Positions 38,391 to 51,940 of a stretch of DNA of 55,330 bases are shown here, one piece after another. Each line of letters starts with the position of its first letter. Position 1 is the stretch's first letter. Under the pieces are notes generated by a model. It made no database searches and had not been told where the DNA came from. It saw only the letters and a list, made by a program, of their open reading frames with translations. This stretch comes from Octopus bimaculoides (taxonomy: Eukaryota), in assembly GCF_001194135.2 (NCBI RefSeq), contig NC_068985.1, forward strand, positions 88,334,163 to 88,389,492, given 5' to 3'. A program made the translations under genes and the position numbers.

Positions 38391-39314
38391 AGAGTGGTTA
38401 GCATGCCAAACAACATCCTTTGCTGTACTTCTGACATTAGGCTGTGAGTTCAAAAGCCAATCGTTTCCGTAGTGTTTTTCATATTTTCCAGCTTAATACA
38501 ATATGTAATCGTTGAGTCTACTAAAATTGCTGGCCTTGTGCCAAAATTTCGAAGCATTATTATGATTACGCCGCAGCCGATTTTTCTCTTCATCCTTTAG
38601 GAGTCAATAAAAATGTTGGGTTCTGTGGCTAACGCAATCGATTTATCCCCTCCCTTGAAATTGCTGGCCATGTACCAAATTACAAATTCAATAATTTTGC
38701 ATCAAATAAACTTACAGGAGTCAGTTTATTAATAGGGGCAGATATGGTTGTGTGGTAAGTGGCTTGCTTACGAACCATATGGTTCAGGGTTCAATATAAT
38801 TGTCAAGAAGACCGCTTTAGCGTGACAGCGTGAGCACTGAGGGATAAAACCGACGATCGACATTATGGATTCCTTTAAGGCGGCGACATAGCCGAATGAT
38901 TAGTACGCTGGGTAAAATGCTTAGAATTGCTTGCAACGTCTTCAGATTGTGAGTTCAAATGCCGCCGACGTCACTTTGGTCTTCAGACTTTCGGGGTCGA
39001 TACAATGAGTACCAGTTGAACACTTGATCTCTTTCCCTCCGACCTTGCTGTACCTGTACCACAATTTTAAACCATTGTGTCTGTGTTTAAGGCAGTGAGC
39101 GGGAAGAATCGATACTGCGCCAGGCAAAAGGCTTCATCGCATTTACTCAATCTTTAATCCCAGATTTCGATTTACGCCGAGGTTTACTTTACATTTCATT
39201 CTTTCGGGATCCATAAAATAAATGCCAGTGAAGCACTAGGATCGATGTAGCAAATTACCCCCCCCCCCTCCTGCCCCGAAGCTGTTAGCTTTGTACCAAG
39301 ATCTTAAACCAATA
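38391..39314 (+). mobile_element. Cluster of about five co-oriented decayed SINE copies (family A plus one family B head at 38735-38795)
   Basis: Repeated GAGTTCAAA B-box-like motifs, TTCATCCTTT bodies and GGCC(A/T)TGT(A/G)CCAAA tails. Confidence 0.75.
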
Positions 39315-40124
39315 ATATGCCTGCATTTCGTTTAATGTTTTCAGCTGCCGTCTATTTAGACGGAAATGTTTGAGTGGACATGATTCCACGCGAGCGATTT
39401 AAGCCGCGATACCATTTATGCAAACTGCGATTCTCTCATCTATGCAGGGAAGTGCAATCATTGGCTAAAATGAACTAGTTTTTTTTTTACCTGTAAATAT
39501 ACAACATCGTATTATATCTCAGGAGGAGAAAACGAATCGACAATTTTGAGTTGTTTGTTTTTTTCACATTGTGTGTTCAAAATACAAACAAGGTCAGAGA
39601 GAAGGATTTTTTTTGTGTAAACATTCATCGTAGATATATTGGTTGCGTATAATCTTTCAAGGATTAGAGTAATTACGAAAGTAATAGGGATGGAATTTAT
39701 AGAAAATGAGATAAGAAAATAAATATGTTTTATGAATATATGTTATAAATAGGATCGATCCCGATTTGATATTACTTACAGGTAATAATATGTACTCTTA
39801 GCAGCGAAAATAATATACGAGGAACTAATGGCGAGGAACTAAGGAAATACTATACGGTCACATAATTAATGTTGGCAAACGGTTTCCCTAATGCGTCAAG
39901 GTTGGTAGTCATTTCACGGAAACAAATTGTATACTAAACATATTACAACATGAAATGGTTTATTTATTTATTTGTGTATGCACACTTACAATCAGTGGTC
40001 CATCCTCAAGAACTTTGACTCAGTAACTCATAGGTTGCTCTCACTCATGGCTTTAGTGCCGTATCAGTTAGCATGTATGTAGATACAGGCTAGCGACCTC
40101 GTACTCTCTGTCACCTACGACGAC

Positions 40125-40414
40125 GACAGTTTCAGTTGAACCTGATCAATATAACAGCTTCCTCCTCTAATTAACGTGCGAGTGGCTGAGCACTCCACAG
40201 ATATAAGCAACTTTAACGCTGCTATCAAAGAGATTCGGCTTGAATTAAATGTCACAACGCTGGTCCTTTGAAATACAGGTACTTCTTATTTTATCAGTTA
40301 ACTGGACTGGAGTAGCGTGAAATAAATTGTCTTGACACAGCCTACTACCGGGTATCGAACTCATGATCTTATGATCATGAGCTGTGTACCGTAACTAGCA
40401 GGTCGTGTGTCTTC
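40125..40414 (-). mobile_element. tRNA-derived SINE family C
   Basis: Reverse complement has the B box GAGTTCGATACC. The body AATTAACGTGCGAGTGGCTGAGCACTCCACAGA differs from families A and B. Confidence 0.7.
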
Positions 40415-42312
40415 TCAGGCAAGTGAGCACGATTTTGGAAGCGACGCGTGTAGATTCTAAGAAATGAAGTGAAGATGGATGAGCTGGCAGCCGACTCTTT
40501 CTTATTACAACAGAATAGACGTGATCAAGGTGATCTGAGGTGTTTTATTCAAGAAGAAGCACCCATTTGCCATGTTCAGAAATTGGATTCAGGATCTTAT
40601 GATCAAGACCCGTAACACAGAACCACGTGTCTGACATTCATTTAAGAATTATAAATTTACACATGAATATATTTAGAGTTAATCCGGGCCTAATATTAAC
40701 TAAATGAGAAAATTCCGAATGATAACAGTCGTCCCAAGCAATGCTAATTTTAATATACTTCCGATCTTTAAAATAAGAGAAGAGTATACGATGTTCCAAA
40801 GGTTTTCCAGTCAGGAAGGATTCAGCAATTTCATTAAAGAATTTCTGAGAATTTCTTCAACAATACTGAACATGCTTTCTCATTCTCAGCAAATGCAATG
40901 AAGTAGCAAACATTTATAGAAATATAGGAGAATGCATGCACGGTAATGCAGAGATATATATGCGGATATGTAATTATATTTGTTTGCATTTATGTGTGTG
41001 CATGTGTGTATTTCTGCCTTGGTGTTTGAGCACGTGCATGTATGCGCAAAGTCGCACACGCATTTCCACACGCATACTATACACATCACAAGTACTCATA
41101 CGTACTCACGTTATATATGTGCGTCTGTGTGTGTGTGTATGATTGTGTTTAGAGGTATCTATGTGCATATATGTGTGTGTGTGATTGTGTGTTGAGATAT
41201 GTATGTATATATGTCGTGTGTGTGTTTTTATGGGGGCGTGCATCAGAGAGCTTCTGTGTAAATCAGTTACAAAATTTGTTTTACAAGCTGAATACATTTC
41301 CTGGTTGGATGTTTTACTGTGTATCAACTTGTTTTCAATCATTGTCGAAGTATTTCCGAAGTAGAGATTTATGTTTATGCTTCAGATTCATTGACTTTTC
41401 TCCATTAAATTTGTTTTTCTGTGTCCAAGTAACTGGTACCAAAGATTCAATATATAACTAAATGTATACATGCACACATATGCACATGCGCACACACAAA
41501 TACATGCATATATATATATATATATATAAATTGTTTTCTGCATGTACATAAATACATAAATGATGTGCGTGTATGGCTAAGAATCTATACGGTAATGACA
41601 AATATTAATATAGTGTCTAACAAAATCTATTTTTCTCTGTCATTAATCCACATTTGTAAACAGCGTCGTTGACAACGGGAAGTAATATCGGTTCCGTTAG
41701 ATTTTCATTATAAGCGAGATGTGAGAAGAAACAGATATATTGTCTTTCAATATAACTTTTAAATGAAATCCTTTTGTTTTGTTTCTGTAGAATAGAATCT
41801 ACAAGTGTCTGGTTTTTCATGTCTAATCGTTAGAAAGTCACTCTTTATTTGCTATGCGTAATTCTTTTTCAATATTTCAGATATATATATATTTCGGAAA
41901 CCGTCGCATATTTGCTTCTGGAGTGTGGTAAGAAGTATAAGTTGTGTATATTATAATATGTTGCTGAATATTTAGATCACAGGTTTAGTTGCCAATGTGC
42001 TTCTGCTATTCTTACTTTAACTTAGTTTTACTTCAATGTTTGGCGTAAAGCCAGCAAGTTTCATTTCTTGGGAAATTAAATAACATTGCTATCCGCAGTT
42101 AACTGGTACTTCTTTTATCAACGCCTAAAAGACAAAAAGAATATAACTAGTTATATCAATAAACTGAAGAATTAACAAGAGACAGAGAAATGCAGTAAGA
42201 GTAATAGCAGTCGCAGCAGCAGCAGAACTGGTAATCGCAGTAGTATTGGTTGCAGCAACACAATACTAGAAGTAGTTGTACTAGTAATAGCAGTAATTCT
42301 GAAAGTTTCTGC

Positions 42313-42313
42313 T

Positions 42314-42372
<59 letters not shown>
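42313..42372. repeat. (GTA)n/(TAC)n microsatellite
   Basis: Direct trinucleotide run. Confidence 0.97.
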
Positions 42373-42373
<1 letters not shown>

Positions 42374-42879
42374 AAGCTGGAGAACTATGGAACGGAGATG
42401 AAGAAAATAAAGACAAAGGAAGAAGATAAAAAACAAGAAAAATAAAATTGTTTTATGGGAGACTGATGCTGTTATATAAGACTCCAGAAATAAACAACAG
42501 GTTCTGATTTTATAGAAGTGAGTCTCAACCATTCCCTTTTTGCAGACAATATTTTTTTTCTAGAAATCTGCTCATCGGTCGGATTTCTAAATACCAGTCA
42601 TTTTATGTAAAATATCATTCAATCTAAATGTTTAACCTTTAAACTGAACAGAAGATTTTTCTTATTAAAATTTTGGATCGTTTTATTTAAGAAATTAGAG
42701 AGAAATATATTCACAATTTCATTGTTAAGCAATAAAAGTAAATAGCTTCCGTTCGTAAGAATAAACACGAAAATGAAAGAAAAAAAAAGAAACTGCACAT
42801 ATTAAATGCTTGTACATACATTTTGTATTAGACGCTGTTAGCCTTAACCATGATAATGCATTATTTCCAATGGGAGAAA

Positions 42880-43119
42880 TATATATACATATATTGCCCT
42901 AATTGTGAAGAATTGTACGTTGGCCAGACAGGTAATGCACTATCGGAACGCTCACGGGTACATCGACAACAGATTAAAAACCCAGAAGTCCGCCAAATAC
43001 CACTGTGTAACCATCTAGCAACATGTGGTCATCAAACTTTTATTATATTCCCATTCCATAAACTTTACAACCGGAATGAAATTAAAAGTAAATGCAAAGA
43101 AAAGGACTTTATTAAAAAA
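42880..43119 (+). mobile_element. Penelope-like element GIY-YIG endonuclease fragment running into a gap
   Basis: YIYCPNCEELYVGQTGNALSERSRVHRQQIKNPEVRQIPLCNHLATCGHQTFIIFPFHKL...KEKDFIKK contains the C-x2-C, YVGQT, R..H and late E/FI pattern of PLE endonucleases. Confidence 0.9.
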
Positions 43120-43749
43120 NNNNNNNNNNNNNNNNNNNNNNNNNNNNNNNNNNNNNNNNNNNNNNNNNNNNNNNNNNNNNNNNNNNNNNNNNNNNNNNNN
43201 NNNNNNNNNNNNNNNNNNNNNNNNNNNNNNNNNNNNNNNNNNNNNNNNNNNNNNNNNNNNNNNNNNNNNNNNNNNNNNNNNNNNNNNNNNNNNNNNNNNN
43301 NNNNNNNNNNNNNNNNNNNNNNNNNNNNNNNNNNNNNNNNNNNNNNNNNNNNNNNNNNNNNNNNNNNNNNNNNNNNNNNNNNNNNNNNNNNNNNNNNNNN
43401 NNNNNNNNNNNNNNNNNNNNNNNNNNNNNNNNNNNNNNNNNNNNNNNNNNNNNNNNNNNNNNNNNNNNNNNNNNNNNNNNNNNNNNNNNNNNNNNNNNNN
43501 NNNNNNNNNNNNNNNNNNNNNNNNNNNNNNNNNNNNNNNNNNNNNNNNNNNNNNNNNNNNNNNNNNNNNNNNNNNNNNNNNNNNNNNNNNNNNNNNNNNN
43601 NNNNNNNNNNNNNNNNNNNNNNNNNNNNNNNNNNNNNNNNNNNNNNNNNNNNNNNNNNNNNNNNNNNNNNNNNNNNNNNNNNNNNNNNNNNNNNNNNNNN
43701 NNNNNNNNNNNNNNNNNNNNNNNNNNNNNNNNNNNNNNNNNNNNNNNNN

Positions 43750-43783
<34 letters not shown>

Positions 43784-45547
43784 TATCATTCCTGTTAATC
43801 TGCCGAATGTAATACTTCTTCACATCATTTGAAATTAATCCTGCATCAATATTCCAAAAACGTGATGGTTTATTTTTAGAATGACTTTGTAGTATAAGAG
43901 TGAGTGCTTTGATCTGGCCGAATTGAATATAAAAGAAGCAGAATATTTTGGCCCTTTACAGCTAGTTCAAATCCTAAATGATTAAATAACTAACGGAGTT
44001 TTGGTAAGAAGGTAGGCTACAATAATTGAGGAGGTGTATAGAAAAAAGATTTACGAACGAGGAGGATTTGGCATTTATATTAGTGGAAAAATATCATAGC
44101 ATTTGTTTCCTAATTTGGTCCTGAAGAATGTCACTTAATACCTACAGATCAGTATATCAAACATATTTCCAAAAACAAAGCTGAACTGTCAAAGTAGAAG
44201 ACTGATCTACTTCATGAAAGCCCAGATTTGTGAAGTTATGTTTATTGACCAAATCTAAAATTCATTACTGGCATGAATATAAGCCCAACTTCGCATCCTT
44301 CAGTTCCCTTTCATGTGCATCAACTGAAGGTAATTTAAGCTTAGGAGAACATATTATTAAGATGTTTAAAATCAGTGCGGCAAGCATCGCAACTTTTGTT
44401 ATAGTTCAATTAAACATTAAAATAAATATTACCGGGGTTTTTGAAGTAATCATTAAAAGCACATACAAGTAAATCACTTTCAGAATTCCACAAACAGCTA
44501 GACAGTGACTTAAATCTAACTCTAGATTATTGCAGATTAGTATTCTTTGACATACTGATACTTATATATATAATTTCAAGATGTTTTCCACCGTAAAATG
44601 TGTTAGGAATAGAGTGATATCTTATCAACAACTGTGCTTGAAATTGTCTAAATATATATGAAGATGTTGAACAAATTAAAAGAGCTATTGAAATAGCCAT
44701 GTACCATCATTAATTAAAGGATGAACAATTAATGACAAATACAATATTAAATTTAGTGCGAATACAACCAAAATATTTTCCTTGGTGTGATTTTCTTGTA
44801 GCTAAATTTATATTCCTAACCATGAAATGACATTATATTGAATTTCAGGTCAAGAAGAAACTTACAAATTGGGAATGTAAATCAAATTATGAGCAACAAT
44901 AAAAGAAAGTAAAAACAGGAAATTCACTATAAAATATATATTAGTTTAAATGTGACAAATCTCATTAAAGATTTGATTAGATAGGAAACCAACCAATTCT
45001 TCAAGGACGTTTATGTACGCAGAATTAGAGTGGTGAATGTATTTATGGTTTTAGATCTTCATCATTAATGCTGCGTTCGCCATCAGCCCATAGAAATAAA
45101 ATAAATTAATGGTCAGCCGGAAATACATAATCGAAAACAACATTCGGAAAAATAAATAAACTCAACCCACAGAAAAAAGGTTCTCCGATGTATATATGCT
45201 AAATACATCGGAGACAAAATTTCTGAGCACAATACAATGGAAACAGAGATTGTGACGTAGTCTCTGAGTAGATGATTTGCTTCAAATAACTGTTAATTCC
45301 CTTTGAAACCAGATCACAAGATCTTGAAAAAGAAAGAACAAATTAAATAAGATTGCCTTAGTTACAGTGTGGGAAATATAGATTAGAAGATCACAGCTGA
45401 AGTGACTTTGACTGTAGGCTCTATGACTTGCAACAAGACTAGGTTTGATCAAATTCAATCTTTTAGATTCCCACACCAAAATCTGCAATGAAATTCCAGT
45501 ATTAATTATCATATGTAAAGAGAATATTAATAAATGATTAAGAGTTC

Positions 45548-45923
45548 TGGGTAGTATCACGTTTGCTTCCCAACTACATGGCTCCAGATTCAGACCGACT
45601 GAATGGCTTTTTGGTGAAGTCTCTTCTCTGATAGCCTCAGTCCGGCCGAAAGCTTTTGACCGGATTTCGTATTTGGAAACTGAAAGAACTCCATCACGCA
45701 TAAGTGATTATTTGTCTATGCTTTTGTCCCCCACCAGCATCACAAGCGATGTTGGTGTGTTTACATCCACGTAAGTTAGCCATTCGGCAAAAAATAGGAG
45801 AGTTTCAGCTCCAGGGCTAAAAAGAAAAATAAGTACAGAAGTCGATTCCTTCGAGTGAAATTTCTCATGGCTTTGCTACAGCGTGGCCGCTATCTGCTGA
45901 GTGGAACAAGAAGCTAAAAGATA
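45548..45923 (+). mobile_element. Decayed SINE family B
   Basis: TTTGCTTCCCAACTACATGGCTCC...GGAAACTGAAAGAA...GTTGGTGTGTTTACATCCACGTAAGTTAGCCATTCGGCAAAA. Confidence 0.75.
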
Positions 45924-46773
45924 ATATTCCTGAAACGGTAGAACAACAGATAATATTTGTTTTATTCCCATGCTTGTCTCGATAATAACAGATCCGCGAG
46001 GAGTGGCACCTGGAAGCTTTTCTTCGTACGAATCGAACCCGTTACTTTTTAATTTTGGACTGATTCTGTTACCATGAATTAATTAAACGGCGATTCGCAG
46101 GAGGATATAGACATTCAGGTACCCTTACTCGCATTTAGAGTTACATAAATACACACAAATATAGACACGCCCAGAGAATGTTTATATATTATGGAAATGA
46201 GTAGAAAACAAGAAGCAACACACGAGGTCCAACTGGTATTAGATTAATGAAACAGTATAGGAAGAATTTAAAATTGGAAAATCCTTTAGAACTAAAGTGA
46301 GTAGAGGGGTATGTGTGTGTGTGTGTATGTGTGTGTGTGTGTGTGTTCACAGACAAATGCGTATTACAGATTAGCTGGCGAGTCATTGTCCATCAAAGGA
46401 CTATAATAGGAAACTGTTGCAGTGGGTCTGAACATAAAATCAGTTTGCGCATACAAAATTAAATATTTAAGTTAATTATTCTGTCTATTTAAGAGAATAT
46501 GCATTTACCAGTCCATCATAATATAAGCAGCTGCAATAATAGAGTGTATGGACGTTACGAGGTTGGGGTGTGCCTGGGTTAATTAACCGATCGCCTATTA
46601 CAGTCAGCAAAAGAATTTCTTATTCATCTGAGCCGTTCATATCGCATTAGTAGAACGTTACACACCAATCTAATTAAGAAATATACTTAAACATTTCAAG
46701 TAAACCACCAAGTAGCTATAATGATAATAAGCGAATCAAAGAGAAACGCTTGTATTCCTTGTGTTATGGTAAT

Positions 46774-46993
46774 GAGGCTGCAAGCTGACCGAATCTGTAG
46801 CACCCGAGGCAAAATGATCAGCTGCATTTCGTCCGTCTTTTCGTCCAGACTCCAAATGTAGCCGATGTCGACTTAACATTTCATCATTTCAAGGACGATA
46901 ACATAAGCACCATTTGAGTACCGGTGTCAATATATCCAACTTACCTTCTCCCCCGATATTACCGGCATTGTGCCAAAATTTGAAATCAAAATT
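46774..46993 (+). mobile_element. Decayed SINE family A
   Basis: Head, body and tail motifs recognisable with many substitutions. Confidence 0.7.
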
Positions 46994-47790
46994 AATTATG
47001 ATGTTGCTATGTTACTGCAGCTAATTTCCACGATTATATTTCCAAATGGTCGGAACAATTTTTGCCTGTAATATTCTGAAGAGATCCCACGAAGTACGAA
47101 GTCTGTATAAAATATTATGATTTATTCGCAATTCAGATGCATACATTTATTCGAGTTCTTCATAATTTTCAGTATCCGTACAAAGTTTATCTTTGTTTCT
47201 GGTAGAATATATTGTATTTTAAATCAGAAAATATTCAGACAAGCACTTAATCATTATAGGCTTAATCCACTTGCCTGTAAGTAGATGTCAGGTTATCCCT
47301 GATTAGCTAATAATATAACATTTTAGATAACACTTCAAATCTCTACCACCAAGTAAATACCTGATAAATCCTTAGTTGAGATTAACACATTTTCTCTATT
47401 TTTTAAAAATATTCTTTCTTTCTTCTATATTTCCTTTTTCACCTGATATATTTTAACCTTCTAACCTAATATATTTTAGCCTGTTTTACTTAATATATTT
47501 ACATCCATTTATGCTCCGATGATAACAAAACGTTTATGAAAATTCAACGTTTTCTAAATCACATTTTCTCTTATCGATAAGGTCACGACGGTTACTAGAG
47601 GCTTCTAAAAAGTAAAGTGTGTCCATTCTATTAACTCCTTGCACTCAAATAATCTTTAAATGATTCAGAACAAACCCACACTATATATATATCTTCAATA
47701 TATCCTTGGCGTTATTTTATCTTTCTGTCCGTTATTACCTCTCTCTCTCACTGTCTCTGTCTCTCTCTGTCTCTCTCACTCACACACACA

Positions 47791-47833
<43 letters not shown>

Positions 47834-47862
47834 NNNNNNNNNNNNNNNNNNNNNNNNNNNNN

Positions 47863-47896
<34 letters not shown>

Positions 47897-48429
47897 CGGT
47901 GGTTCACCAGCATTACAGCAACTTTAGACCTGAAACAATGTAAGGAATACGCACACACAAACACGCACACCCAAGCACACACACACGCACACACACACAC
48001 ACACGCACAGACACACACATACACATAGTAATGTTATCTTTGAACCACTTTGAGTAAGTAAATATTTCCCCTAATATATATATATAAAATATTTGACAAA
48101 ACCAAAACCGGCTTTGTACTGCTAAATACAAGTTATCAAGTATTATAAAGTACGGTATTTTTAATATGAATGTTAATGCGAACATATTGTAATAACCTGG
48201 TTGTTATGTGGTAGCAATGTACTTGCTTTTCTGCATATAATTATCTTCGACATATCAGGATGCAACCCGCACTTCTCCGTCTGCAATTTTATTCTGACAT
48301 GCTTAAGTATTAAGCACTGTCCAAACGCTAGAAAAGACATGAATCTATAGTGCATGGGTTTTTTGGTTCTTTATCAACGGCATTTGAATTGAATCTGTGA
48401 TGTTTAGAATTTCAAGTGTCTTTTCTGTA

Positions 48430-49000
48430 TTTGTTTCACACATTTTGATTGCGGATATACTTGAGCACCGCCCTGAAAGATTTTAGTCGAACGAATCAAC
48501 ACCGGTATTTATTTTCAAACACAGTACATATTGTGTCGTTTACTTTTGGTGAACAGCCGACTGACAGGGGAAGTAAATACACTAACTCCCGTTGCCACTT
48601 GGTGGACGAATAGTCTTTTCTACTCTCAGCACAAGGCCCGAAATTTTGGCGGATGGGGAAAGTCGATTAGATCAACCCCAGTATGCAACTGGTACTAAAC
48701 CTATCGACCCCGAAAGGATGAAAGGCAAAGTCGACTTCGGCGTAAATGGAACTCACAACGTAAAGACAGACGAAATACCGCTAATTATTTCGCCCGGTAC
48801 GCTAACTTTTCTGCCTGCTCTCCGCCTTATGGTGGACAATTGCTGACACAATGAAACATATACACATATATGTATGATGGGCTTCTTCCAGTTTCCGTCT
48901 GCCAAATTCACTGACAACGCTTGCGCAAGCTGAAGTTGTAACGAAATGATACTGAACCCGGAAGCATGTGCTTGTGTAGCAAGCTTCTTTCTTAGCACAC
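48430..49000 (-). mobile_element. SINE family B interrupted by a younger family A copy (48608-48829)
   Basis: The family A copy is flanked by TGGTGGAC at 48600-48607 and 48830-48837 (target-site duplication). Confidence 0.88.
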
Positions 49001-49779
49001 AAACACGCCTACGGACGTCAGTTCATAATATTTTATCGTCCCCTATTTCGTCAGCTAAATACAATACAATATTTCTTATATTATGTTATGTAGAAAGCAT
49101 TCACAGTAAACTTGTTTTGTTCTTGTTAACTCAGTAGCAATGTTTGCAAATTACGAAGAACGACAATGGTCAATCATTTAATCAAAATCAGTTATATTGT
49201 CAGATGTTCAAATCCTTAGAAACCCGAAAAAAACAATAGGACAAAATGCCAATTCCACTTCAAAATAATAATATACACCATATCAGAATACATTGAATTG
49301 TTTCTCTTATTGAGGATTTCATATTTCTTATCGAATATCTAGATTATTAAATTCGATCAAGTATGCAGTATCTATGCAGCACGCAGTAACATTTGCAATA
49401 AACATAAAAGTTAATTGAATCTTTTTATTTATGTTATGAAAAATATTCAAATGAGAGCTATGAGTGTGTGATTGTTATACAAATTTACTATTTGATGAAA
49501 TGGCAACACGGATTGCATTTTGTTCAGTGGCAGAATATTGGATCATCAATGTTAAGTAAAAGGTGAGGGTTCAATATAACACCGCCAGACTTGGAAAAGA
49601 CAAACAAAAAAAAATAATAATAACATTTTTACTTGTAAGTCTTGTTCAGGAAAAAAAAAAAAATGTTAATTTTGATTTATTAATATAACGCTAGCATTGA
49701 TTGAAATTAATTTTGGTAAATTAAATGTATGTATGCTTGCGACCCATTGTACTCTATTGGGTATTATATAAGGTATTAT

Positions 49780-49960
49780 GGCGGCGAGCAGGCAGACATG
49801 TTAGCACACCGAACAAATTGCTTAACGGCATTTCGTCTGTCGTTACATTGTGTGATCGAACTCTGCCGCGGTCAATTTGCTTTTCACTGAGGTTGATGCA
49901 GTCAAGTTGTCCCCTGCCCACAATATTACTGGTCTTGTGCTAAATTTTGAAACCAGTATT
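49780..49960 (+). mobile_element. tRNA-derived SINE family A, internally deleted
   Basis: GGCGGCGAGCAGGCAGACATGTTAGCACACCG...GGTCTTGTGCTAAATTTTGAAACC. Confidence 0.85.
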
Positions 49961-51571
49961 TTATAAAGTACTCCAAACATTCTGTAACTTCGATTTTTTT
50001 CTATTATGTGTGGAAGAACATGACATTGGACACCAGCTACGTGAAACACATAGTTCACTCTCTTATGAAAGTTTCATTGTGTATTGATGCTATAGTGATG
50101 AGCAATTTAATGATGGACTGCAAATGAATGATTAGACATTAGTTACAAAGTTGTAGAAATATATATTCAGAGATGGAATCATTTATTGCATGTGGGTGAC
50201 TTACTTACAGGGGATATGTAGGATAATAATAGATCCTAGCGTAACTAGGGATGGCAAAGATCGAAAAAGTACAGTTGACTATGAAGACAGAAGCACTTTT
50301 GTGCTACACTGGAATACATGCAATATTAAACCCAATGGTGTTTCACTTTAAAACAAAACTCGAAACATATGAAAGACATTTTTCGATGCTCTGAACATTC
50401 AATAAACCACTGCACCAAGTAGGATGATAAACAATTCGTAAATACCTCTCTATATAACATATAAACTGTAAAATGTACAAAATTACGCCATTCATGAATC
50501 GCAGCATATGAACTAAAAAAGAAATTTTGCTCAAAAGATGTGTGGTGATTAAAATGCTCCGTAAACATATAAGAATAGAAATATTTCGCAGAGATGCAAC
50601 CATAGTTTCCCAGTTACTCTATTGCCAAATAGTTGTAACATTTGCTGAGCAGAATTAGCCTCGTTTATAAATAACACCATCGTATCTCCTTTACATGAAT
50701 TAAAGTCTTTCGCGAGATACCCTAATGAAATTGTTCAAGACCTTAAGTAGGCTAAACGAATGATGCATATAGAACTTTCAAGTGAGCAGAATCTGCTTAA
50801 ATAAGGAACGATTCCTCTTTGACGGTTCACAGAAAATTAGAGACGAACACTGAAACTAGATATGAGGAAAATATACTCGTCTTAGAAATAAATATATAAC
50901 ATATATTAAAGATTTAGTGCGATCTTTAACTTGATTGAACTGAAAGTCTTCCAGGGTCGAGATGCCAAAATCAGTGCTTAATACAATATGCCTTATTCTA
51001 CAGATAAATGATGGTCAAGTGAAAATTAATACAACTAGTACACAGGGATAAATAAAAACACCATTTATTGAATATTACTCAAATATCAAGGATAGAAAAT
51101 TCATTGTGGTTATAATGTCACATGAGTAAATGGAGAAAAACATTTTTTTCTAAATGTAATGAAATAGCAATAAAGCACACAGACTCTATTTCCAGTGGAG
51201 AGGGAAATTAGGGGACGGTAAACACACATTTAAGAAATCAGAAAACAATAACAGTCAGAATGAAATGCTAAAATATTCTAGTCACAAACCTGCTTGACTC
51301 GATACGTCGAAATAAACCGAAGCGCAAGTGTGCTAATGAAGGAAGGAATATAATTCATAGTAGCAGCACAGGATAAATATCCATCTTATGTAAAACATCA
51401 GCACAGCATGGAAAAAGAAGTGAAAGGCATAAAATACATAGCACGCAACTATTGCTTAATTAATAAAACCACGGAAACAAATTTGATGGTATTTATATCG
51501 GAAATATTCCGCAATGAAGACTTATAATCATAAAAGATGTATAGTATATAAGTTAGTATATAATATCTCAA

Positions 51572-51697
51572 TGTAAATTATTTACATTTTTTACATTTGA
51601 CGGATATTTTTCCTCATGTTCTTTGTTGTTAGCAGAACGTTTGGCTGATATATCCTCCAGCCTTCATCAGGTGTCATTCCTAAAATATTTTTCAACG

Positions 51698-51730
<33 letters not shown>

Positions 51731-51940
51731 TCACTGCCTGGAATCGAACTCGGAATGTTGGCGTTAATAGCCCGCTCTCTTAACAACTACGCCATATGCC
51801 CTTAAGAATGACAGGCTGGGGAGTATATCAGCCGAAACATTGTGTTAACAACAAGATGAGGACAAATATTCGGCAAATATAATTAATGTAAATAATGTAA
51901 ATAATGTACATAATTCTCATCTCTTAAATATAGAAATGTA
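51572..51940 (-). mobile_element. Composite element, copy 2: tRNA-like head (51727-51800), (TAA)n, HHR-bearing tail on minus; inverted tail copy (51802-51940) on plus
   Basis: A box TGGCGTAGTTG, B box GTTCGATTCC, (TAA)n, then GACAC CTGATGA A GGCTG..CAGCC AAACGTT. The inverted copy keeps CAGCCGAAAC and the terminal CTCATCTCTTAAATATAGAAATGTA. Confidence 0.8.

Noticed and set aside
51727-51800. Functional tRNA gene (also the heads of SINE families A-C)
   Set aside because: A and B boxes are present but there is no complete acceptor stem, and the heads are fused to repeat bodies.
51630-51850. Split ribozyme in which one copy keeps CUGAUGA and the other keeps GAAA
   Set aside because: The copies lie on opposite strands and each has further lesions; independent decay is sufficient.
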